DNA of 64,000 bases from Chloroflexota bacterium (GTDB lineage: Bacteria > Chloroflexota > UBA11872 > VXOZ01): positions 96,001 through 160,000 of the forward strand of contig CAXXVD010000005.1 in NCBI GenBank assembly GCA_963662335.2, read 5' to 3'. This document shows, one piece after another, positions 18,166-30,654 of this stretch (position 1 is its first letter; every line of letters starts with the position of its first letter). Made by a program: the position numbers and the translations under genes. The notes below the pieces were generated by a model, which worked only from the letters and a program-made list of their open reading frames with translations, searched no databases and was not told where the DNA came from.

Positions 18166-19232
18166 ATAAGTTTGAGCAATTGGACATCAGCCTGCTTGAG
18201 TTCGACAAAGAAAACCCACGGCTGCCGACAAGCGTCAGGAATAGTGATGACGCTACTATCCTGAATTACCTTGCGACGAAAACGAGAATCGAGAATTTGA
18301 TGACGTCTATTGGCGAAAACGGCTTCTTCTCTGGTGAAGCCATAGTAGTAACCCCTCACAACTCAAAGTATACCGTAATAGAAGGGAACCGCCGGTTGGC
18401 GGCTTTGCGACTTCTACAAGATCCATCTCTAGCAGAGTCCCCAAGGATACTTCGAGTGGCAGGTGATGCTGTCAATAAGCCAACCCAAGTACCTGTGTTC
18501 GTCGTGCAATCTCGGGGAGACACGTTGCAGTACCTGGGATTCCGTCACATCTCGGGGGTTCAGCGATGGGATCCACTGGCAAAGGCAAGGTACTTGGAGT
18601 CATTGTATGAAAGAGTTCAAGGTGAACCACAACTGCGTTACGTCTCTGTCGCCCGTGAGATAGGTAGCACTAGCACAGCAGTGCAAAGGAACTTAGACGC
18701 CCTGGCAGCTTACAAGATAATTGAAGAGAAGGGCTTCTTCGATGTCGCGGATATGGAGGAAGAGACCTTCCAATTTGGCAGGTTTTATACGGCGGTAAGC
18801 AATCCGGATATCGCAAACTTTATCGGCATTAGGGATAGTGGAACCCCTCGGCATCCGATTACGAATGTCGATGCTATTGATACTGGGAAGCTTGAAGAAC
18901 TCGTCAAGTTCATGTTTGAAAGGGGCCCCAGAGGCACTACAAGGCTCGGTGATTCCCGCAACATCGGCAAGCTTGGAACAGTGCTATCTAATCCTGGTTC
19001 ACTGCAGGCCTTCCGTTCAGGTCAGTCGCTAGAAGTAGCATATAGAATGACACCTCGTGGGCGGGATGACTTTGAGCGCCATATGAATCAAGCCATCGAA
19101 GAACTCAAGCAAGCAAATGCAAACCTCTACGCCGTGGAGCAGGATGACCAACAAGCAAAAGACCTGGTCAGCGAAGCCCTTAAGATAGTCCGCTTGGCTT
19201 CAGATCGCTTAGGTGTTGCATCTGATGCTTGA
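18162..19232 (+). CDS. ParB/Srx N-terminal domain protein with HTH-like region
   Basis: DKENPRL, SIGENGF and ParB box VIEGNRRLAAL, followed by a helical VAREIGSTSTAVQR segment. AAGGAGG RBS and ATGA overlap with dcm. Confidence 0.8.
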   Translation: MNKFEQLDISLLEFDKENPRLPTSVRNSDDATILNYLATKTRIENLMTSIGENGFFSGEAIVVTPHNSKYTVIEGNRRLAALRLLQDPSLAESPRILRVAGDAVNKPTQVPVFVVQSRGDTLQYLGFRHISGVQRWDPLAKARYLESLYERVQGEPQLRYVSVAREIGSTSTAVQRNLDALAAYKIIEEKGFFDVADMEEETFQFGRFYTAVSNPDIANFIGIRDSGTPRHPITNVDAIDTGKLEELVKFMFERGPRGTTRLGDSRNIGKLGTVLSNPGSLQAFRSGQSLEVAYRMTPRGRDDFERHMNQAIEELKQANANLYAVEQDDQQAKDLVSEALKIVRLASDRLGVASDA

Positions 19233-20187
19233 TTTGACCTGGAGTTCAGACACTACCAAAGACCCGCTCATCTTGGCGGACGCCATAGAGCTTGCTGTTG
19301 CTTTCGCGAAAGACGACTACAACGGTCGCTTTACGAGGGCAGATTTCCAACATCTTGCAGCCAGCGAAATCCTAAGCGACGACGAGATGTCATTTCCCAC
19401 CGGGGATGAAGCGGACGAGCGTACTGAGCACTTTGAAGAGGCACGCACCCTCATTGGGAAGCGCGCATCCTGGCTTGGGGTCTTCTATCCGTTTAGAGTT
19501 GTGGCTGGCGAAGTAGAATTCTCACCGCCGACCGCCATTGAGAAGTGCCTCCCGTATCTATTCTTGTTGGCCTGTTCCAACGGCAGCCAAGTACCCTCAA
19601 TTAAGGGTACTCTTCCAGTGCAATTTGAAAGCCTTTGCAAAGAGGCACTCCGCTCATTATTCCCTGAGTGGGCAAGAGTCCTGTTGTTCAGTCAAAAGAG
19701 CGAGGACAGAAAGACCCATTTTGGGTGGGCAGCGAACGAAGCAGTTCCCAAACTCGCCAGTATGCTCAATGCCAAGTTGACTGATGCCGATCGACTCAGC
19801 AATACTCAGCGTGAATTTGGCATTGACCTTGTCGCGGTCTGTCCATTTGACGACCATTCACCATACCCTTTCTTTGCCTTCGCCCAATGCACAATAGAGC
19901 AAGAGTGGTGGAGCAAGAAGCATGAGGCTATCGCACTGAACGAATTGAGGGGATTCGTCAATCTCAACGCAAACCATTCTAATTTCCTGATGATTCCACA
20001 CTTCCCTCGTTACAAATTAGAAGAGTGGAGCGAAGACCCTGCGCGGACAGGAAATTGTATTCTCTGCGACCGCTTTAGGCTATGCCGACTGCTGGAAAAG
20101 TCAAGGTTCTTTGAGTACGACAATCCCCCGGCGAGCTTGGCTTTAGTCTTCCAGACACTAAATGACAACCTCTATCAGAGCTTCTGA
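19225..20187 (+). CDS. Hypothetical protein, putative PD-(D/E)XK (QC-type) restriction-nuclease fold
   Basis: FESLC...GIDLVA...FAQCT pattern resembles the E/D/Q catalytic layout of Mrr-like nucleases. Overlaps the ParB gene by 8 nt. Confidence 0.5.
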   Translation: MLDLTWSSDTTKDPLILADAIELAVAFAKDDYNGRFTRADFQHLAASEILSDDEMSFPTGDEADERTEHFEEARTLIGKRASWLGVFYPFRVVAGEVEFSPPTAIEKCLPYLFLLACSNGSQVPSIKGTLPVQFESLCKEALRSLFPEWARVLLFSQKSEDRKTHFGWAANEAVPKLASMLNAKLTDADRLSNTQREFGIDLVAVCPFDDHSPYPFFAFAQCTIEQEWWSKKHEAIALNELRGFVNLNANHSNFLMIPHFPRYKLEEWSEDPARTGNCILCDRFRLCRLLEKSRFFEYDNPPASLALVFQTLNDNLYQSF

Positions 20188-20225
20188 CACACGCGGCAAG
20201 TTCCAGCTTATTGTGAGAGTGGAGA

Positions 20226-20654
20226 ATGCCTGACACTGTAACAGCCGCAACGCGCAGCCGAATCATGTCCAAGATTATGTCTAAGGACACGAAGCCGGAG
20301 ATTGTAGTGCGGCGTCTGCTCCACGGCCTCGGTTACAGGTATCGGCTGCACCGAACAGACTTGCCCGGTAGGCCAGACTTGGTCTTCCCTTCACGCCGCA
20401 AGATAATTCTGGTGAACGGATGCTTTTGGCACTACCATCTCGGATGCGAAGACTCACACATACCAGCCGACAATCGGGAGTATTGGCAACCTAAGCTGAC
20501 GCGCAATAGGGAGAGGGATGAACGTAACCGATTGTTGCTCAAGCAAGATGGTTGGGATGTCACGGTAGTTTGGGAGTGTCAATTGAAGGACTTGGACATG
20601 GTTGCGGAGCGGCTGATTGACTTCCTTGAGCGGGAAACATCAAGCAAACCGTAG
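20226..20654 (+). CDS. vsr: Very short patch repair endonuclease Vsr
   Basis: RSRIMSKI, DTKPE, LPGRPDLVF, VNGCFWH, NRERD and VVWEC. Confidence 0.93.
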   Translation: MPDTVTAATRSRIMSKIMSKDTKPEIVVRRLLHGLGYRYRLHRTDLPGRPDLVFPSRRKIILVNGCFWHYHLGCEDSHIPADNREYWQPKLTRNRERDERNRLLLKQDGWDVTVVWECQLKDLDMVAERLIDFLERETSSKP

Positions 20655-20761
20655 GCTACAAAGTCCAACTACAATTGGGCAAGTCTCTATCTCTCGCCAG
20701 TTTGGTAGAAGGTCACCCCCTCCCGTACATCTTCCACTCCACCGCTGAATCATGCTTGATA

Positions 20762-25057
<4,296 letters not shown>

Positions 25058-25090
25058 GGCGGTAATTGGGCAGCGGGCGCCGGCGGGCGC

Positions 25091-25279
25091 TCAGTCTCGG
25101 CGCAAACGCGGCAGCAGAATCCACAGCAGATTGAGTACCGCGATGGCGGCGGCGGCGAGCACCAGCACCGTGCCGCCGGTGGCGCTAACCTGCAAGCCTA
25201 CGCCCAACCCGGCGTAGAAGACGACGAGCGCCAGCAGGAAGAGCAGCGCGTGTACGGCGATTTTGAGGAGCTTGGGCAT
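25091..25279 (-). CDS. Small two-TM membrane protein
   Basis: 62 aa, two hydrophobic helices, ATG preceded by AGGGA, co-oriented 33 nt upstream of the RM gene. Confidence 0.55.
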   Translation of the reverse strand: MPKLLKIAVHALLFLLALVVFYAGLGVGLQVSATGGTVLVLAAAAIAVLNLLWILLPRLRRD

Positions 25280-25430
25280 GAGCGGTTATCCCTGTGCGTA
25301 ACGGCAACGCGCGGCTGCCAAGCGTCCGCGGTGAGGGTATGGTACCAAGATTGCCGGGTGGAGACCACACGGGCAGGCGGCAGGGGCAAGGCCGCGGACG
25401 GGCCGTAGAAGGCGGCGGCGGGCCGTTGAC

Positions 25431-25504
25431 CGTCACTCACTTGGCTACGGGAGTCTACGGGGACGGGCGAAGATGGATTCCCGCGTGCGCGGGAATGACG
25501 GATG
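25431..25504. repeat. Two-armed palindromic element, family D (GTCATTCCCGCG..CGCGGGAATCCA type)
   Basis: Near copy of 22693-22766; related arm at 44673-44699. Confidence 0.85.
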
Positions 25505-25570
25505 AGGGCGCTTGCGCGGCAATTGCGGAGGCGATGGCGCTGATTTCCAATTGATGACGGACAAGGACCC

Positions 25571-26647
25571 CTATTTCGGCGTTTCCTCCAGCAGGCTCAT
25601 GCGCACGTCCACCTCCAGCCAACTGCCGCTTACGCCCTGCAGGACGCCGCGGGAGGGGGAGACGTCGTCGTAGTCGCGTCCGGCGGCGATGGCGACGTGG
25701 CGCACGTTGGCCAGCGCGCGGTTGGTGGGATCGAAGCCGACCCAGCCGAGGCCGGGTAGGAGACACTCGACCCAGGCGTGGGTGGCGGTCTGCGGCGCCT
25801 GCGTCTGTGACTGAGCCTGCGCCTGCGACGAAGCCTGCGTCTGCGACGAAGTCTGCGCCTGCGATTGAGGCGGCGCGTGCGCGTCTTCCCCGCCATTCAC
25901 GTGGACGTAGCCGGAGACGTAGCGGGTGGGCACGCCCCAGGAGCGGGCGATGGCAATCATCACGTGGGCGTAGTCCTGACAGACGCCGCGGCCGGTTTCC
26001 AGGATGTGCTCGATGGGCGAGGCCGCCGAGGTGCTGCCGGGGACGTAGGCAAAGACAGCGTGCAGCGTCTCGGAGAGGCGGCACAGTGAGCCCAAGGGAT
26101 CGCCGGCCGGCGCGATGCCGTGCCGGGCGACGAAAGCGGTGAGCGCCGGCGAAGACCGCGCGAACGGGCTCTCGTGGGTGAAGTCCCAATGCGCGAACGA
26201 ATCCCGCTGGGCGTGAATCTCATCCCACGCGCCGGTGGAGAGGGCAGCCGGCAGCGGCGCGGCGGGCGCGATTTCCACCGTGGAGCGGGCCGTGATCTTC
26301 AGGGCTTCGTGCTGCTGATGGACGCTGAAGACGTGCTTGGCATTGCCGTAGGCGTCGGTCTCGGCGCTCAGGTGGGCCGGAGGGTCGGTGTCGAGGGCGA
26401 AATGGAGCAGCCGCTGGCCTTGGCCGTGACGCGGCTGCAGACAGAGGGACATCACGGAGTGGCGCACCGGCGCGGTGTAGCGGTAGTGGGAGACGTGCTG
26501 GATAGCGTAGCGGCGCGCGCCGGGGGGAGGGGCTGTAGATTCCTCGCTGCGCTCGGAATGACAGGTAGGGTCTGCGGAACGGCAGGAAAGATCCGCGGCA
26601 CGGTCGGAAGGGGGCTGAGCATCGCGGCGTGACATCGGACCGGCCAT
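25571..26647 (-). CDS. Transglutaminase family protein (Bact_transglu_N plus core)
   Basis: YAIQHVSHYRY N-domain; catalytic triad in GVCQDYAH, THAWVE and FDPTN; AGRDYDDV. Confidence 0.92.
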   Translation of the reverse strand: MAGPMSRRDAQPPSDRAADLSCRSADPTCHSERSEESTAPPPGARRYAIQHVSHYRYTAPVRHSVMSLCLQPRHGQGQRLLHFALDTDPPAHLSAETDAYGNAKHVFSVHQQHEALKITARSTVEIAPAAPLPAALSTGAWDEIHAQRDSFAHWDFTHESPFARSSPALTAFVARHGIAPAGDPLGSLCRLSETLHAVFAYVPGSTSAASPIEHILETGRGVCQDYAHVMIAIARSWGVPTRYVSGYVHVNGGEDAHAPPQSQAQTSSQTQASSQAQAQSQTQAPQTATHAWVECLLPGLGWVGFDPTNRALANVRHVAIAAGRDYDDVSPSRGVLQGVSGSWLEVDVRMSLLEETPK

Positions 26648-26651
26648 GGTG

Positions 26652-27638
26652 TCAGCGCACGGGAGAGTCTTCGATCTGGTAATCGAAGTAGGTGGCGGTC
26701 ACCAGATCGTGGAGGTCGCGGCAGAAGTCGCCGATTTGCCCCAGGAGTTCCTCGCGGTCTTCTCGATCCGGCCAATCGTAGTGGATGAGGGAGCACAAGC
26801 GGCCGGCCAGCCGCCGCACCGCGGCGCTGGAATCCGCATTGGGGCCGGCCGCGATAGCGGCGAGTTCCGCGGCCGCCACGTCCAGGGATTGGCAGAGCGA
26901 ATCGGGAAGCAACGGATCCGTGGCCAGCAGATCTATGACCTGCTGCGGCTGCACCTCCACGCTATAGCTGCGGGTGTAGACCTCCAACGCATGGTAGGCA
27001 CGCAAGAGGCTAATCCAGTCGGCTTCGGAGTGCTCTTCCGATTGCGCCGCGGTGGCGGATTGCGCGTGGAGCAGGGCGACCGAAAGTTGGGCGCGTTCGA
27101 TGAAACGGCCAAGTTGCAGGAAGTGCCAACCCTCGTCGCGGTACATGGTGGCGGCGGCCACGCCCGTAAACGTATCGATCTCCGCCGTCATCTCGGCGTA
27201 GAAGCTCTCTGGCGAGGGCGTCCAGATACTCTGAATGTCGCGCTGCTGGAGGCGCAGGTAGACCCGGTTCAGGTGCGACCACATCTCGGCGCCGATGCCG
27301 TTGCGCGTCTGGCGGGCGTTCTCCCGGGCCAGGGCAAAGCAACTCCAGACGGAACCGGGATTGGAACGCTCGAACGTAAGGTCGTCGGCGAGGGTATAGG
27401 AATCGGCGAGCGTGAAGTCTTCCTCCAAGATGCCGTCCTCGCCGTCGGCGCTCTCGAGCGTTCCCCCCGGCGGCAGGCGGTCTACACTTATGTAAATGCG
27501 GCGCCAGCCAAAGTAGATCTCCTGGACGGGGCGGTCCACCAGCGCCGCGGTCTGCAAGCGCAGCAGGCGGCAGAGGTGCTGCGCCCGCTCCAAGTACCGC
27601 CCCATCCAGTAGAGGCCTTGTGCGCTCCGTGAGAGCAT
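26652..27638 (-). CDS. Alpha-E domain protein (DUF403)
   Basis: MLSRSAQGLYWMGRYLERA and second repeat LGRFIERA; ARENARQTR. Confidence 0.92.
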   Translation of the reverse strand: MLSRSAQGLYWMGRYLERAQHLCRLLRLQTAALVDRPVQEIYFGWRRIYISVDRLPPGGTLESADGEDGILEEDFTLADSYTLADDLTFERSNPGSVWSCFALARENARQTRNGIGAEMWSHLNRVYLRLQQRDIQSIWTPSPESFYAEMTAEIDTFTGVAAATMYRDEGWHFLQLGRFIERAQLSVALLHAQSATAAQSEEHSEADWISLLRAYHALEVYTRSYSVEVQPQQVIDLLATDPLLPDSLCQSLDVAAAELAAIAAGPNADSSAAVRRLAGRLCSLIHYDWPDREDREELLGQIGDFCRDLHDLVTATYFDYQIEDSPVR

Positions 27639-27664
27639 GCGGAGTAGTCTCCTCGCGCGCCGCG

Positions 27665-29062
27665 TTAATCTTCGTCGTGCTCTTCGGGCATGAGCACGAA
27701 CTCGGGATAGGCCTCCAGACCTAACTCCGCGGTGTCTTGACCCAGACGCTCGACCTGGGCCGATACCCGCAGGCTGAGGACCATCTCGAGAATCTTCCAG
27801 AGGATCAGCGAGACGATGAAGACGAACGCGCCAACGGCGAGAATGCCGATCAGTTGCACGCCAACGTTGCCGCCGGCGGCAATCGCAACCGCAAGTGTGC
27901 CCCAGACTCCCGCGAACAAGTGGGCGGGAATGGCGCCAACTACGTCATCGATCTTGACACTTTCGAGCAGCTTGAGGCCGAGCGTGCAGATAATGCCGCC
28001 GATAGCGCCGATGATGATGGCCCAGTAGTGCTGGGTGATGTCAGGCCCGGCCGTAATCGAGACGAGCCCGGCAATGGCGCCGTTCAAACCGGCAAAGAGG
28101 TCCGTGCGGCCCAAGAGGGGTCGCGAAATGACCAGCGCCGCTATCACGCCCCCGGCCGCCGCGAGATTGGTATTGACCAACACGTGGCCGATTGCAACCG
28201 CATCGGCCGCGCTGCCCAGCGCCAACTGCGAGCCGCCATTAAATCCGAACCAGCCAAGCCACAGGATGAAGACACCCAGCGTGACGAGGAGCACGTTGGA
28301 AGGCGGCGTGGGCCTGACCGAGCCGTCTTTGCGGTACTTGCCCAGTCGCGGGCCGAGGATTATGATGCCCGCCAGCGCGGCCCAACCGCCCGTGCTGTGC
28401 ACAATCGTGGACCCGGCGAAGTCCTGGAACCCCATCTCAGCCAGCCAGCCGCCGCCCCACGTCCACGCGCCGACGATGGGATAGATGAGGGCAGTCAGAA
28501 TCAAGATGAAGAGGAAGAACGACCACATGCGGACGCGCTCGGCCAAAGCGCCGGAAATGATGGAAGCGGTGGTGGCGACGAAGACCATCTGGAAGAACCA
28601 GTCCGACATGACCGAATAGCCGCTCTCGACCACCGCCGCCAACGCGCCGCTGTCACCGTCCAGCAGGGCGAGCTCATCGGAAGACGGCCCGTAGAGCAGG
28701 TTGAAGGAGCCGATGAGACCGCCGAGGCGGTCAGGGCTCACGTCTACGTACATGAGGTTGTAGCCGACGAAGAAGTAGGCAATGCCGGCGATAGAGTAGA
28801 GGCCGATGTTCTTCAAGCAAATCATGGAGGCGTTCTTGGTGCGCACCGCGCCGGCCTCGAGCATGGTAAAGCCCGCGGCCATCCACATCACCAGGACACC
28901 CCACATGAGGAACGCGAACGTATTGAGGACAAAGGCGGTCTCACCGTCAGTCGCGGCGTGGGCGACGGCCGGTCGGGCCAAGAAATAGAGAAACGTCGCC
29001 AGAATCACCACCGCCACAACAGCGATGCGGCGGTGACGTGCAAGTACGTCCGTAATGGGCAT
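27665..29062 (-). CDS. amt: Ammonium transporter (Amt family)
   Basis: AGFTMLEAG, FFQMVF, DFAGSTIVH, WFGFNGGS and DDVVGAIPAH (twin His retained). AGAAGG RBS. Confidence 0.95.
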   Translation of the reverse strand: MPITDVLARHRRIAVVAVVILATFLYFLARPAVAHAATDGETAFVLNTFAFLMWGVLVMWMAAGFTMLEAGAVRTKNASMICLKNIGLYSIAGIAYFFVGYNLMYVDVSPDRLGGLIGSFNLLYGPSSDELALLDGDSGALAAVVESGYSVMSDWFFQMVFVATTASIISGALAERVRMWSFFLFILILTALIYPIVGAWTWGGGWLAEMGFQDFAGSTIVHSTGGWAALAGIIILGPRLGKYRKDGSVRPTPPSNVLLVTLGVFILWLGWFGFNGGSQLALGSAADAVAIGHVLVNTNLAAAGGVIAALVISRPLLGRTDLFAGLNGAIAGLVSITAGPDITQHYWAIIIGAIGGIICTLGLKLLESVKIDDVVGAIPAHLFAGVWGTLAVAIAAGGNVGVQLIGILAVGAFVFIVSLILWKILEMVLSLRVSAQVERLGQDTAELGLEAYPEFVLMPEEHDED

Positions 29063-29127
29063 GAGCTACCTTCTCCTATTGCTACGGGCGCGCGGCCGCG
29101 CCGGCTACTACTCCGATACTACTCCAT

Positions 29128-30588
29128 CTACTCTTCCAGCACCCAAAGGTCTTTACCGCCTCCTCCTTGACTAGAATTGACGACCAAGCTGCCCCGGCGC
29201 AAGGCAACGCGGCAGAACGCGCCGGGCACGATGCGAGTCTCGCGACCATGCAGCACGAAAGGACGCAAATCCACGTGGCGCGGTTCGAAGCGGCCATCGA
29301 TGAAGCACGGCGCTCGCGAGAGCGCGAGCACGGGCTGCGCGATGAAGCCGGCGGGGTCCGCGCGCACCTGCTCGGCGTACTCTTCACGCTCCTGGGGCGT
29401 CGCATGGGGGCCGATCAACATGCCGTAGCCCCCGGATTCGCCGACGCGCTTGACCACCAGGTCTTGCAGATTGTCCAGGGTGTACTCCAGGTCTTCGCGG
29501 TGGCGGCAGAGATAGGTCTGCACGTTCGCCAGAATCGGCTCCTCGTTGAGGTAGTACCGTATCATGTGCGGCACGTAGGCGTAGACACTCTTATCATCCG
29601 CCACGCCGGTGCCGGGGGCGTTCACGAGGGCGACGTTGCCAAGTTTATAGGCGTGCAGCAGGCCCGGCACGCCCAACAGGGAGTCCGGGCGGAAAGCCAA
29701 CGGATCGATGAAGTCGTCGTCCACGCGCCGGTAGACCACGTCCACGCGCCGCAGTCCGGTGGTAGTGCGCATGTAGACGAAGCCGTTGTTGACCAGCAGG
29801 TCCCGGCCCTCCACGAGTTCCGCGCCAATCTCGCGGGCCAGGAACATGTGCTCGTAGAAGGCGGAGTTATAGACCCCGGGCGTCAGCAGCACGATGGTGG
29901 GGTCGGACTGGCCGTTGGGCGCGAGTTCGCGCAGGGTCGTCTGCAGCACCTGGCCGTAGTTCTCGATCTCCCGCACGCGAGACCTGCGGTAGAAGCGTCT
30001 CATGCTCTTCTTGACCGCCTCCCGGTTCGCGAGCATGTAGGAAACGCCGGAAGGCACGCGCAGATTGTCTTCCAGCACGCGAAAGCCGTCGTTCGTGCGA
30101 ACGATGTCGGTGCCGCAAATTGCCACCCAGGTGCCGTGCGGCGCGGAAAAGTCGCGCATCTCGACCCGGTACTGGGGACAGCCGCGCACCATGTCCACGG
30201 GGATGACACCGTCATGGACGATGGCGGGCTCGCCATAGAGGTCTTTGGCGCGGGAAGGCCCGTAGACGTCATCCAGAAAGAGATTGAGCGCCTTCAGGCG
30301 TTGGGTCAGTCCCGCCTCGATGTGCCGCCACTCGGCGTTCGACAGCAAGCGGGGCAACGAGTCAATTGGTATGATCCGCTCTTCGGCTTCCTCATCGCCA
30401 TAGACCGTAAAGGTGATACCCTCATTCAAGAAGGAGCGCGAGACTCGCTCCTGGATGCTGTTCAGTTCCTCGGCCGGCAGGCGCGCCAGGAAATCATAGA
30501 GGTCTTGGCAGTGTTCCCGCGGCGAGCCGTCCGGCAAGAACATCTCATCGTAGATGTCGGTGTCGAGGCTATAGTTCTCAAAGTCCAC
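29128..30588 (-). CDS. Circularly permuted type 2 ATP-grasp protein (DUF404/DUF407)
   Basis: GITFTVYG, VLEDNLRVPSGVSY, YRRVDDDFIDP, NAPGTGVADDK and VVNSSQGGGGKD. GTG start assumed at 30588. Confidence 0.93.
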   Translation of the reverse strand: MDFENYSLDTDIYDEMFLPDGSPREHCQDLYDFLARLPAEELNSIQERVSRSFLNEGITFTVYGDEEAEERIIPIDSLPRLLSNAEWRHIEAGLTQRLKALNLFLDDVYGPSRAKDLYGEPAIVHDGVIPVDMVRGCPQYRVEMRDFSAPHGTWVAICGTDIVRTNDGFRVLEDNLRVPSGVSYMLANREAVKKSMRRFYRRSRVREIENYGQVLQTTLRELAPNGQSDPTIVLLTPGVYNSAFYEHMFLAREIGAELVEGRDLLVNNGFVYMRTTTGLRRVDVVYRRVDDDFIDPLAFRPDSLLGVPGLLHAYKLGNVALVNAPGTGVADDKSVYAYVPHMIRYYLNEEPILANVQTYLCRHREDLEYTLDNLQDLVVKRVGESGGYGMLIGPHATPQEREEYAEQVRADPAGFIAQPVLALSRAPCFIDGRFEPRHVDLRPFVLHGRETRIVPGAFCRVALRRGSLVVNSSQGGGGKDLWVLEE

Positions 30589-30654
30589 GGCAATAACCCA
30601 TGTGCCAAGAGGCAATTGGCGCTGCGCGCGCACGCGGGATGCCAGCCAAGCGCG

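Noticed and set aside
18162-19232. Chromosome or plasmid partition ParB
   Set aside because: No parA or parS-like palindrome seen; the gene is coupled to dcm within an RM-like operon.
30630-30644. Sigma-54-like TGGCAT-N5-GTGC upstream of the ATP-grasp gene
   Set aside because: GG-N10-GC spacing fits but the -12 box is non-consensus; such matches are frequent in GC-rich DNA and no rpoN or enhancer-binding protein is visible here.
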